Origin: Candidatus Levybacteria bacterium RIFCSPLOWO2_01_FULL_39_10
GTDB taxonomy: Bacteria; Patescibacteriota; Microgenomatia; Levybacterales; UBA12049
Reading direction: 5' to 3'
Length of the DNA stretch: 37,647 nucleotides
Assembly: GCA_001782515.1 (NCBI GenBank)
Contig: MFOV01000008.1
Coordinates: forward strand, 1 to 37,647
Part shown: piece by piece, positions 1-7,502 of the stretch
Layout of the letters: every line of letters starts with the position of its first letter
Position numbering within the stretch: the stretch's first letter is position 1
Made by a program: the position numbers and the translations under genes
The notes under the pieces: model-generated
The model's input: only the letters and a program-made list of their open reading frames with translations
Told to the model about the DNA's origin: nothing
Databases searched by the model: none

Positions 1-265
1 AAGAGTACTTACTTAAACAAAAAGTGTCCACGATCTAGTTACCTTGTACGCCCTATTAAATTTGCGAGCAAGTTATTTAATAGGGTCAACCCCGTTAGAA
101 TCCAATTCATTGAAAAGTTTCTAACGGGGCCAGTTTTGCTAATAACTTATAAATCTGTGGGTCAAATCTTAAAAAATAATCTTGATAATATACTCTCGCA
201 GGTATGGGTGCGCTTCTTGTAACAAAAAAGGCAACTTATTCTGAGCTGAAACAAAAAAAGCTAAT

Positions 266-610
266 TTAGTCCTTTGGTGAAACTTCTTTCATTCTTCTAT
301 ACTTGTAGATACAGCTTCCATCTTCTCTTCTTACGATCATCAATTCAAGCTCATGGGCTTCTATCATTTGAGCAGCATATCGTTTTACCTCTTTTAGGCT
401 TAAGCCATGCACATTTGGTCTATTGGGAAATCTTAGCTCTGCATCACTTAAAACAATATCAGCTGGTGAAAACCAATCAGACCCTCCAGTCTGGGCAACT
501 CTTCTTTCCAGATTATCAATCGCTCGATTAATATAATCCCTATTTATAAGGTCTCTTTCATGAAATTGCTCTTTACTTCTTAATGGTTCAGTTTCTCTTA
601 TAAGTGTCAT
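266..610 (-). CDS. hypothetical protein (114 aa)
   Basis: ATG-started ORF with TTGACA-17-TAGAAT promoter 11 nt upstream; no recognisable motif; antisense ORF 274..531 judged spurious. Confidence 0.55.
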   Translation of the reverse strand: MTLIRETEPLRSKEQFHERDLINRDYINRAIDNLERRVAQTGGSDWFSPADIVLSDAELRFPNRPNVHGLSLKEVKRYAAQMIEAHELELMIVRREDGSCIYKYRRMKEVSPKD

Positions 611-621
611 AATTGTGAAGA

Positions 622-650
622 ATTCTACTGCGATAATACAAACTTGTCAA
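622..650 (-). promoter_or_regulatory. sigma70-like promoter for 266..610
   Basis: minus strand TTGACA (645-650), 17-nt spacer, TAGAAT (622-627); ATG 11 nt downstream, no SD. Confidence 0.45.
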
Positions 651-810
651 TCATTTGTGAGCCTGTCCTTAAATAATGAAAGGTCATCAATCAGCCGTCC
701 AAGCCATAGTGTTCTTAAAATAATTATCTGACTGATTTATTTTAATAGGATCGTGTCCGAGTTGTTGGCTTGAAAATTCAATATTTGCCATATTATTTAA
801 AAATATTTGG

Positions 811-1188
811 TTATATTTTAGTTTTCAGCGCTAATTCTCTGGTATTTTTAATCCGGGTTTCCTGCATTTCTTTTACAATACCAATCATTCTACTACGCTC
901 CCTGGAAGTTGCCGTAATTTTAATATAAAGAGTGCTACATGACCTTTGTAGATCATTTTCATTGCTGCTATAAATATCAAATTCTTCTATAGTAGTTACT
1001 CGCGATGAACCGCCCATAAGTCCCCTGGCAATCCTAAAATCCTTCATATCTTCAGAAGAAACATATCCAAATGCTTCCTCCTGTGTATCAATTTTTTCTT
1101 CAACACATTTTTCCTTTTGTCTATATATCCTTAATCTTTCAATAAATCCCATACTATTAATAATTGTAATAATTGTACTCCGGTTCAA
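811..1188 (-). CDS. hypothetical protein (start uncertain: TTG 1188 or ATG 1152)
   Basis: Long ORF; track start is TTG; in-frame ATG at 1152; no motif recognised. Confidence 0.45.
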   Translation of the reverse strand: MNRSTIITIINSMGFIERLRIYRQKEKCVEEKIDTQEEAFGYVSSEDMKDFRIARGLMGGSSRVTTIEEFDIYSSNENDLQRSCSTLYIKITATSRERSRMIGIVKEMQETRIKNTRELALKTKI

Positions 1189-1302
1189 AAATTAAATTAA
1201 GCGGCATTAATACTACTCCTACCGCTATAAGTTCTTTCATAGTTTGGGTTGGATAAAAAGAATAGTAACTTGGTAATTGGAAGTTCTAAAAATTTTTAAA
1301 TA

Positions 1303-1740
1303 TTAAGACATAGGGGGTGGTGAGACCAATAGCACACCTTTAAGAAGAAAATTTCTTTCAATTTCTGTCATTTCGTAGTAGCGCTCGGCAATTTCTCTAT
1401 TGCCGCCCCACATATCATCATTCCAATTCAAAGCAAGATAATGAAATTCTGTAAATGTTCCGCCATACACCCATCCTTTTACGAAAAGTGGATTTTCAAG
1501 CACCATTTTTTTAAGAGCATCGGGATTTATGTTTGGAACAGTTGCTACGACTTCTTCGATATTCTCATTTAGTCTTTCCATAAATTCATCAGTAGGTTCA
1601 AACTTATCAGGATCAATTAGGGGGTGTGCTTCCTGAAGCAGTCCTATATACTTAGCAGATAGTTGTGCCTCAGGATCAGCTAGTTCCTCAGGCGTTGGCT
1701 CTCTACCATACCCAACTCTTGTTGCCTCTACTCTTACCAT
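1303..1740 (-). CDS. hypothetical protein (145 aa)
   Basis: ATG ORF; TTGACA-16-TAATAT promoter ends 6 nt before the ATG (leaderless geometry). Confidence 0.55.
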   Translation of the reverse strand: MVRVEATRVGYGREPTPEELADPEAQLSAKYIGLLQEAHPLIDPDKFEPTDEFMERLNENIEEVVATVPNINPDALKKMVLENPLFVKGWVYGGTFTEFHYLALNWNDDMWGGNREIAERYYEMTEIERNFLLKGVLLVSPPPMS

Positions 1741-1746
1741 GAAAGT

Positions 1747-1774
1747 ATATTACCATTTATTCCTATCGTGTCAA
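1747..1774 (-). promoter_or_regulatory. sigma70-like promoter, leaderless, for 1303..1740
   Basis: minus strand TTGACA (1769-1774), 16 nt, TAATAT (1747-1752), 6 nt to ATG; the -35 lies inside the repeated motif TAGCGGGGTTGAC. Confidence 0.5.
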
Positions 1775-1834
1775 CCCCGCTAGGGATATTTCGAACTTTA
1801 ACCGGGTCAACCCCGCTAAATAAGAGTGTGGAAC

Positions 1835-2641
1835 TTAATATATAATGTTGAGGCCGTCTATATCACCCTGTTCGGGTGATATTTTTTTAATTTCTCCTTT
1901 TGATCCGTAACCAAACATTGTATTTTCCACATATGGACTGTCATATTCATCATCCAGCCCAAACCAGTGACCTAATTCATGGATCATAATATTTTCAGCA
2001 TTATAATAACCTGTTGAACATGTAAGATTCCAGGAAATCCTGTTATTCATAATAGTGTCAACTTCTGCAACAATTCCCGTTGCAGTGTAATACCATATGT
2101 AAGTAGCACCAAGCGTACTTCTATTTGTCCTGCCCCAGGCAATAATATTTTGAGAATCAAATCTGCTTCTTGAAACAGAAGTCAGCCCATCATAGGCCAG
2201 GTTTGGTTTTGCTGAAGTTGTACCATCAAGTGTAATTGCGGCTGTCCATTTGTTAAAACTAGTTGATACAAATGTTGGGACACTGCTTCTGACTGATGAA
2301 GGAGCACTTGATTGGTTTAATTTGTATTTTACGGGGGCACTTGTTGTGAGTTTCCATCCTGCTCCTCCAACAACAGCACCTGATCTGCTATCTTCGCAAA
2401 TTAAAGATGTTGCCTGTTGCGTATGATTGCCAGCTTTTGGCCCATGAACAAATACTCTTACTCTTAAGTCCTGTCTTCCGCGAATTGCAAAATCACCTGA
2501 AATTTCTGGAATATTTGAAATATCAACAATTTTATCAATCGATTTTAGATTTAATAAATTTGGAATGCTTGCACTGGCAGAAGCAGCAAGTAAGGTTGCT
2601 ATAAAAGCAAAAACAAAGGTTATGCTTAAAAATTTCTTCAT
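1835..2641 (-). CDS. secreted zinc metalloprotease, metzincin-like (HExxHxxGxxD, snapalysin-type third ligand)
   Basis: N-terminal signal peptide MKKFLSITFVFAFIATLLAASASA; motif HELGHWFGLDD followed by a possible Met-turn NTMFGY. Confidence 0.7.
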   Translation of the reverse strand: MKKFLSITFVFAFIATLLAASASASIPNLLNLKSIDKIVDISNIPEISGDFAIRGRQDLRVRVFVHGPKAGNHTQQATSLICEDSRSGAVVGGAGWKLTTSAPVKYKLNQSSAPSSVRSSVPTFVSTSFNKWTAAITLDGTTSAKPNLAYDGLTSVSRSRFDSQNIIAWGRTNRSTLGATYIWYYTATGIVAEVDTIMNNRISWNLTCSTGYYNAENIMIHELGHWFGLDDEYDSPYVENTMFGYGSKGEIKKISPEQGDIDGLNIIY

Positions 2642-2769
2642 TAAATGAATAGTAAGCTATAAAAACAGTAATTGTCAAGTTTTCGAATGAACTTAAGTTT
2701 TCGTCCATAACTGCTTGGCTTGATTCTAATGGTTCATGACCAATTTGCTCGACAGATCCTTTGACATAA

Positions 2770-3183
2770 TTAGTAGTCTACTTCAATTTCCATTGCCCGA
2801 CTTTCCTCGGCAAGTCTTTTTTTATCCCAGATGTATTTATTTATCTTTCCTATGAGAACTCCTATTTTTTTATATACCTCCGAACCTTCATCAAAATTAT
2901 GAACAAAAACAAATCCTTCCCCGCGCGCTGGAATTCTCGCTCTAACAACCGCGGACATTTCAACATCTTCCGTAGGTGTTCTATTTTGACTACTTTGCTG
3001 CGAAAGTCCAATTTCATATTGGATAGTATCCGAAAATCCTTTTATAGTTAGCTCTGTTGCAAACGCAATTACCAAAGGGTCATTTTCGGAAAGATCAGCT
3101 TCCCGCCAATTATCAAATGGAACTGATTCTAACTGGTTTATTAGTCTAAGCTGATCATTTGGTGAATCCTCTTTTCTTTCCAT
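2770..3183 (-). CDS. hypothetical protein (137 aa from ATG 3183)
   Basis: Track ORF starts at TTG 3279 and would overlap the divergent gene and its promoter; in-frame ATG at 3183 (MERKEDS...) preferred. Confidence 0.5.
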   Translation of the reverse strand: MERKEDSPNDQLRLINQLESVPFDNWREADLSENDPLVIAFATELTIKGFSDTIQYEIGLSQQSSQNRTPTEDVEMSAVVRARIPARGEGFVFVHNFDEGSEVYKKIGVLIGKINKYIWDKKRLAEESRAMEIEVDY

Positions 3184-3237
3184 TGTTCTTGCAATAATCC
3201 TATATTTTCGCAAAAAAAACAACCCCGATACAAAAAT

Positions 3238-3266
3238 TTGACAAATTAAAATTATTATTTCATTAT
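3238..3266 (+). promoter_or_regulatory. sigma70-like promoter, leaderless, for 3273..4043
   Basis: TTGACA (3238-3243), 17 nt, CATTAT (3261-3266), 6 nt to ATG. Confidence 0.45.
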
Positions 3267-3272
3267 TTATGT

Positions 3273-4043
3273 ATGGCAAGAAGTTCTAAAAAGAACAACA
3301 GAAATTTGGCAATATTGTTATTTATCGGAGCTGCAATTTTTGCTACAGTTGCTCTAGCGAGTCAGAAAACATCCTGGTTTAACTTTGCAAAAGGGCCCGC
3401 TGATACGCCTGCGCTCACGAATCTAAACTCTGCAGGGGATATAGTCACCACAACTAATCCAGACGGCACCATGGGCCCTGCCACATTTTCGAAGAACGCA
3501 TCAAATGCTCTTCCTTCTTACTTAAAAGGCACTCTATTTTTTAATGTATCAAGTGAGGAAGGAAACGTTTTGGGAGCAAATTCAAATAAAACAAGTGCAG
3601 TTTCGGACTTTGTAAATTTATTTATAGTTATTAAAAAGATTGAGGTGCATATTGCACAGCAGGGTGATCCCAAAACTAACACAAAACCTCAGAGACTTAG
3701 CAGATGGGAAACTTTGGATCTTGCAACACCAATTAGCGTTGATCTTTTAAAACTCGCAGATGAGGATAGTCCGGTTCTAGTTGCAGTATCCAAGCTTGCT
3801 GCAGGACGATATACCCAAGTCAGACTCTACATTGATGAGGCATTTGGAGAACTTGCAAATGAGGATGTAGTACAATTTAAAATTCCCGGAAAAAATGGCA
3901 TTGTTAAAGTTGTAAAGTCATTTAAAATCGACGCAGGCGGGCAAACTACTCTTACCATGGAATTTGACCCCCTAAAATCTATCAAAAAATCAGGAAACGA
4001 TTATATCTTAAAGCCTGTTATCGGAAAAATGCAGGTAGAATAA
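3273..4043 (+). CDS. secreted/membrane-anchored DUF4382-like protein
   Basis: N-terminal hydrophobic anchor; C-terminal pattern AAGRYTQVRLYI...KIPGKNGIVKVV...TLTMEFDPLKSI...YILKPVI resembles the DUF4382 family as I remember it. Confidence 0.6.
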   Translation: MARSSKKNNRNLAILLFIGAAIFATVALASQKTSWFNFAKGPADTPALTNLNSAGDIVTTTNPDGTMGPATFSKNASNALPSYLKGTLFFNVSSEEGNVLGANSNKTSAVSDFVNLFIVIKKIEVHIAQQGDPKTNTKPQRLSRWETLDLATPISVDLLKLADEDSPVLVAVSKLAAGRYTQVRLYIDEAFGELANEDVVQFKIPGKNGIVKVVKSFKIDAGGQTTLTMEFDPLKSIKKSGNDYILKPVIGKMQVE

Positions 4044-4055
4044 CCTTAACTCCAC

Positions 4056-4084
4056 AAAAAAACAGCCCCGATTCTTCAAGGCTG
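4056..4084 (-). terminator. rho-independent terminator (conserved module copy 1) for 4111..4718 operon
   Basis: minus-strand RNA CAGCCUUG-AAGAAU-CGGGGCUG followed by U7; G-U pairs form only in the minus-strand transcript. Confidence 0.6.
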
Positions 4085-4110
4085 TAAAACAAAAATTTGT
4101 TTTAAGATAT

Positions 4111-4521
4111 TTAATTAAATTTTCTAAATTCTATATCGAATTGATTTGCAAATCCCCTAAAAGTTATTTCTGCCTTCAAAAAAAGATCATTTCTTCCCAA
4201 TATACATTTAAAAGGAGCTACCCCTTCTACAATATTTATATCTATCATAAATGGATTAAACTCTATCTCTGTTTCTAAATTCTTAAAAGTCCGGTAATAG
4301 AATTCTCCTGAGGTAGTATAACCTGTTTCTCGTTTTAATTTATTCCAATCAATATGAAGAGCATCTGCTATAACCGTGGAAATCAGCCCTGAGTCAGCTC
4401 CGGAATCTACAAGAGCGAAAGTATCAAAATTATATTTCCCATTTATAAAAGTTACTGGTATCACAGGAGCAAGTGTGGTGACTGATCCCGGCAATAAGCT
4501 ATAATCGTAGGTATACTTCAT
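4111..4521 (-). CDS. retropepsin-like (clan AA) aspartic protease
   Basis: Catalytic motif ALVDSGADSGLIS (D-S-G-A) and downstream ILGRNDLF, typical of retropepsin-type proteases; ATGA overlap with the upstream gene. Confidence 0.7.
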   Translation of the reverse strand: MKYTYDYSLLPGSVTTLAPVIPVTFINGKYNFDTFALVDSGADSGLISTVIADALHIDWNKLKRETGYTTSGEFYYRTFKNLETEIEFNPFMIDINIVEGVAPFKCILGRNDLFLKAEITFRGFANQFDIEFRKFN

Positions 4522-4718
4522 CCAACAAAATTAGAATAACTTTCTCCAGAAGGAAAATAGTAAACTTTTTGTTTTCCTTTTTTACTTTCAACTCTTTTCA
4601 TCAAAACATCTAGGGTTTTTGCGTGACCTAATACCTTCTTATAATCAGAAGATACTGCAACCCAGCCTTTACCATAACCTTTCAGTAATTTAGTAAAATC
4701 TATTCCCATTCTCTTCAT
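4518..4718 (-). CDS. small DUF5678-like protein, translationally coupled to the protease
   Basis: 66 aa; GKGWVAVSSDYKKVLGHAKTLDVLMKRV resembles the DUF5678 pattern (GkWVAi...kvv); stop overlaps the protease ATG (ATGA at 4518-4521). Confidence 0.55.
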   Translation of the reverse strand: MKRMGIDFTKLLKGYGKGWVAVSSDYKKVLGHAKTLDVLMKRVESKKGKQKVYYFPSGESYSNFVG

Positions 4719-4766
4719 AAGTCCATTATACTAGCATATTTCAATAGTTAGTCAAGTTTTTTCCAC

Positions 4767-4795
4767 AAAAAAACAACCCAGGAATCCGAGGCTGG
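4767..4795 (-). terminator. terminator module copy 2 (degenerate) for 4801..5262
   Basis: CCACAAAAAAACAACCCAGGAATCCGAGGCTGG; minus-strand hairpin then U7, 6 nt after the stop codon. Confidence 0.45.
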
Positions 4796-4800
4796 AAAAA

Positions 4801-5262
4801 TTAGCTATTTGCGGGCTCTTTTTCTTTTGGTGCGGATTTAAGCTGATGGTATTCTTCTTCGCTTATTTCAATATATACTTGCATATCCTTCATGCCGATA
4901 CTCTCCAATGTTCTTTTTTTTCTCATGCGTACATTATTCCCTTCACCCCTATCTACACTAACTAGCATAGCAAGACCCATAGGTTTACCATCTTGAAAAA
5001 ACTCTATCCCTCCAGCGAGGTTATAAACATCGTGATATTCATCTCCAAACCTAACGCCTTGTGGCGGGATAAAAACAACTGAATCTTCTTTATACCCTGG
5101 TTCCCCTTTTATGCCTGAGGATCCATCAACAATCCTAGGTACTCTTCCTTCAAGGACTAATCTCTCCACGCTGCCCGGAGCAAGAAGTTCTTCACGACTT
5201 CTGTCTTGTTCTTTTTCCCAAAGCATTCTATCTAAATTGCGAACTTCCGAAGGTGCTGCCAT
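4801..5262 (-). CDS. hypothetical protein, paralog A of 7083..7493
   Basis: First 41 aa nearly identical to 7083..7493 (MAAPSEVRNLDRMLWEKEQDRSREELLAPGSVERLVLEGRV); own promoter. Confidence 0.65.
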   Translation of the reverse strand: MAAPSEVRNLDRMLWEKEQDRSREELLAPGSVERLVLEGRVPRIVDGSSGIKGEPGYKEDSVVFIPPQGVRFGDEYHDVYNLAGGIEFFQDGKPMGLAMLVSVDRGEGNNVRMRKKRTLESIGMKDMQVYIEISEEEYHQLKSAPKEKEPANS

Positions 5263-5271
5263 AACTTTGTT

Positions 5272-5299
5272 ATTATAGTATAGTTGGCTGCAAAGTCAA
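5272..5299 (-). promoter_or_regulatory. sigma70-like promoter, leaderless, for 4801..5262
   Basis: minus strand TTGACT (5294-5299), 16 nt, TATAAT (5272-5277), 9 nt to ATG. Confidence 0.55.
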
Positions 5300-5321
5300 C
5301 CTATTCGTAACCTTCCCCCAC

Positions 5322-5480
5322 AAAAAAACAGTCGCCGACCTAGTCACCGACTCGGAAGAGTCTTCTCAGAACCCGAGGTTCACCGAACCGGAGGTCTGAC
5401 TCGGAGAGGAAGGTTTTCTCCTAACCGGAGGTTATCTGAACCGGAGGTCTGACCCGGTAGGCCCCGGAATCCGAGGCAAC
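5322..5480. repeat. degenerate repeat block (module copy 3 plus four GAACCGGAGGTCT-like units); left direct repeat of the Doc module
   Basis: AAAAAAACAGTCGCCGACCTAG at 5322-5343 and TCTGACCCGGTAGGCCCCGG at 5447-5466 recur at 6104-6125 and 6132-6151; units at 5369, 5385, 5423, 5438. Confidence 0.7.
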
Positions 5481-5506
5481 AGAAATAAAACCAGACTTTG
5501 CTATTA

Positions 5507-5535
5507 TTGAAGTAAAATTTTTAAACTGTTATAAT
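5507..5535 (+). promoter_or_regulatory. sigma70-like promoter for the small-ORF/Doc operon
   Basis: TTGAAG (5507-5512), 17 nt, TATAAT (5530-5535), 6 nt to ATG 5542. Confidence 0.55.
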
Positions 5536-5541
5536 TTCTGT

Positions 5542-5667
5542 ATGACAAAAAATAATATAAAAAACTACGAAAATAAAAATCCCAAAAAGGCAAAATTAAT
5601 AAAGAAAACCATAAACAAAGGGGTTAAGCAATATGAGGAAACCTTCCGAAGACTTGCAGGAACCTAA
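5542..5667 (+). CDS. small Lys-rich ORF (41 aa), candidate antitoxin of Doc
   Basis: MTKNNIKNYENKNPKKAKLIKKTINKGVKQYEETFRRLAGT; begins 6 nt after the -10; overlaps the Doc start by 35 nt in another frame; position matches the usual antitoxin-first order; no homology recognised. Confidence 0.35.
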   Translation: MTKNNIKNYENKNPKKAKLIKKTINKGVKQYEETFRRLAGT

Positions 5668-6088
5668 TTGGATTGAAATAGAAGATTTTGAGTATATCTG
5701 CTTCAACTTAACTCGAAAACTATTAACGTTTAACGAACCAATTCCAGATTATTCAACAAGAGATCGCTCATCGCTTGAATCTTCTCTTAGCGCACCTAAA
5801 AATACTTATTTTAACCAAGAAGGATCTTCCCTACCTGATTTGGCAAGCGTATTGTTTTACTCGATTATCAAAAATCATCCGTTTGTAAACGGAAATAAAA
5901 GAATTGCTGTAATGAGTGTTTTAATATTTTTTGCAATTAATAATAAATGGGTAAATATTCCTCCTGATATACTTTATAATCTTGCAAAAATTGTTGCAGA
6001 ATCTTCACCTTCGCTTAGGAAACACAATCTTAAGAGATCAGCTGATCTCTTTAACAAGTATTTGGTAGATTATAAGGAAGCTAAATAA
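5633..6088 (+). CDS. doc: Doc (death-on-curing) / Fic-fold family toxin
   Basis: Doc-type motif HPFVNGNKRIAV (HxFx[DN]GNKR) in KNHPFVNGNKRIAVMSVLIFFAINNKW; size 151 aa. Confidence 0.8.
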   Translation: MRKPSEDLQEPNWIEIEDFEYICFNLTRKLLTFNEPIPDYSTRDRSSLESSLSAPKNTYFNQEGSSLPDLASVLFYSIIKNHPFVNGNKRIAVMSVLIFFAINNKWVNIPPDILYNLAKIVAESSPSLRKHNLKRSADLFNKYLVDYKEAK

Positions 6089-6103
6089 ATCAAGCATTCC
6101 CAG

Positions 6104-6164
6104 AAAAAAACAGTCGCCGACCTAGAAGGTTTCTGACCCGGTAGGCCCCGGTCTCCCGAGGCTG
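6104..6164. repeat. module copy 4; right direct repeat of the Doc module and terminator-like hairpin for 6190..6501
   Basis: AAAAAAACAGTCGCCGACCTAG...TCTGACCCGGTAGGCCCCGGTCTCCCGAGGCTG; minus-strand stem GCCUCGG-GAGA-CCGGGGC. Confidence 0.6.
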
Positions 6165-6189
6165 AAAAAATATTATTTTTAATCTTTGC

Positions 6190-6501
6190 CTATTCTACCC
6201 GTCCTGCTAATTGACCTTCTTGTGCTAAAAATCCTCTGACTATAGTAGTGGCTACATTCATAACGCTTGCTCTTCGTGTAGCATCAGGAATCTCACCAAA
6301 AGCTTGTTTTACTGCTATTGCTCCAAGCAAAACGCTTCCTTCTCCTATTTCTCTTAATTCTTCTTCTGAAAATTGTGCCCCGCGTCCTTCAAAAGTAAAA
6401 TCAATCCAAGGCTCTTGTCCTGGCATCATATGAAATTCTACTTGCACGCCTGAAGTGTCTTCAACTCCCCTTCTTTGTTCTGCTACTCCCTCCGTCCTCA
6501 T
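6190..6501 (-). CDS. hypothetical protein (103 aa from ATG 6501)
   Basis: Track start GTG 6510 lies inside the SD GGAGGTGA; ATG at 6501 sits 8 nt after GGAGG; antisense ORF 6248..6433 judged spurious. Confidence 0.55.
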   Translation of the reverse strand: MRTEGVAEQRRGVEDTSGVQVEFHMMPGQEPWIDFTFEGRGAQFSEEELREIGEGSVLLGAIAVKQAFGEIPDATRRASVMNVATTIVRGFLAQEGQLAGRVE

Positions 6502-6557
6502 AATTATCACCTCCTCAAATATTTGCCGGTATTATATCAAACTATATCAACCTTTAC

Positions 6558-6624
6558 CACAAAACAGCCCCGGTCTCCCGAGGCTGTCCCCGACTCGGAG
6601 AGAAAAAAATAAAATTAGTTTTTA
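6558..6624. repeat. module copy 5 (not downstream of any gene on either strand)
   Basis: CCACAAAACAGCCCCGGTCTCCCGAGGCTGTCCCCGACTCGGAGAGAAAAAAATAAAATTAGTTTTTATT. Confidence 0.6.
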
Positions 6625-6652
6625 TTGACATTTCAGTCTAAATTAGTATAAT
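6625..6652 (+). promoter_or_regulatory. sigma70-like promoter, leaderless, for 6660..6995
   Basis: TTGACA (6625-6630), 16 nt, TATAAT (6647-6652), 7 nt to ATG. Confidence 0.6.
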
Positions 6653-6659
6653 TCTATCC

Positions 6660-6995
6660 ATGAGTCCTGAGAGAGGTAGATTTTTAAAAAGAATTTTAGG
6701 GAAAGAAAATCCTCCTGAACTTAGTTGGAACGACAGGCCTGTTTCTATAACCCGCTATGAAAGGACTGAAGATGTACCTATTGCTTATACAGTTATGGGC
6801 GCGTTTTTTGGAGGGATTGCGCCAGATGGTTTATTTGTAAATTATGCACAGGATGGTATTTCAATTGTTGACACAAGAAAAGCTCTCGGAATGGAAATTG
6901 AGGAAGAAACAGACCAAGAATTTGTAACAAGAGTTCTTGATAATAGAGAAAACGATGAAGAAGCAGAAGGTGGAAAAATTTTCTTTGTAGGATAA
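6660..6995 (+). CDS. hypothetical protein (111 aa)
   Basis: ATG ORF directly behind a consensus promoter; no motif recognised. Confidence 0.55.
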   Translation: MSPERGRFLKRILGKENPPELSWNDRPVSITRYERTEDVPIAYTVMGAFFGGIAPDGLFVNYAQDGISIVDTRKALGMEIEEETDQEFVTRVLDNRENDEEAEGGKIFFVG

Positions 6996-7031
6996 TTCGC
7001 CTCTCCCAATTAGATTTACAATGATTCCCAC

Positions 7032-7058
7032 AAAAAACAGCCCCGAAATCCGAGGCTT
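7032..7058 (-). terminator. terminator module copy 6 for 7083..7493
   Basis: minus-strand AGCCUCGG-AUUU-CGGGGCU then U6. Confidence 0.6.
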
Positions 7059-7082
7059 TAAAAATTAGCTATTTGTGGGCTC

Positions 7083-7493
7083 TTACTCTTTTGGTGCGGA
7101 TTTAAGCTGATGCAACTCTTCCTCATCTATTCCAATATACAAAGGTGCATCTAAATCTAACATACCAATTCTTTCTAGTGTTTTATTTGTTCTCATAAGT
7201 ATATTTTCGCCCTCACCTCTATCAACTCTAAGAAAGCTGGCAAATCCCATAGATTTATCATCTCGAAAAAATTCCACTTTATCAACAGAAGTATAAACAT
7301 GATATGAGTCCCCAATCCTAACACCTTGTGGCGGGATAAAAACTGATAAGAAATCATCGACAACGAAAAGTACTCTTCCTTCAAGGACTAGTATCTCCAC
7401 ATTACCCGGAGCAAGAAGTTCTTCACGACTTCTGTCTTGTTCTTTTTTCCAAAGCATTCTATCTAAATTGCGAACTTCCGAAGGTACAGCCAT
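7083..7493 (-). CDS. hypothetical protein, paralog B of 4801..5262
   Basis: N-terminus MAVPSEVRNLDRMLWKKEQDRSREELLAPGNVEILVLEGRV; lacks about 17 aa present in paralog A and stops 6 codons earlier; 3' flank and promoter are also conserved. Confidence 0.65.
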   Translation of the reverse strand: MAVPSEVRNLDRMLWKKEQDRSREELLAPGNVEILVLEGRVLFVVDDFLSVFIPPQGVRIGDSYHVYTSVDKVEFFRDDKSMGFASFLRVDRGEGENILMRTNKTLERIGMLDLDAPLYIGIDEEELHQLKSAPKE

Positions 7494-7502
7494 AACAGCG
7501 TA

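Noticed and set aside
274-531. Antisense or overlapping ORFs from the six-frame track. Examples: 274..531, 2407..2604, 6248..6433, 7193..7384, 10002..10244, 11153..11383, 11813..12106, 13127..13342, 13767..14090, 14699..14896, 16317..17135, 17360..17650, 18440..18820, 18971..19325, 19478..19735, 20325..20745, 22505..22696, 23034..23315, 23840..24031, 26105..26308, 26967..27350, 27733..28075, 29135..29732, 30586..30924, 32024..32298, 32862..33080, 33752..34461, 34984..35181.
   Set aside because: Each lies inside, and mostly antisense to, a longer ORF that has clear family motifs or promoter and terminator support. Their translations are low-complexity, as expected from chance frames in AT-rich DNA.
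2770-3279. N-terminal extensions created by TTG or GTG starts in the ORF track (starts at 3279, 6510, 7994, 9040, 10294, 10898, 14419, 15695, 18303).
   Set aside because: In each case a downstream ATG fits better. It either has correct SD spacing (6501, 15686) or gives the canonical family N-terminus (10288 MFYVY, 14401 RecR, 18294 HIT). In other cases the TTG is itself part of a TTGACA -35 box (9040) or overlaps the divergent promoter (3279).
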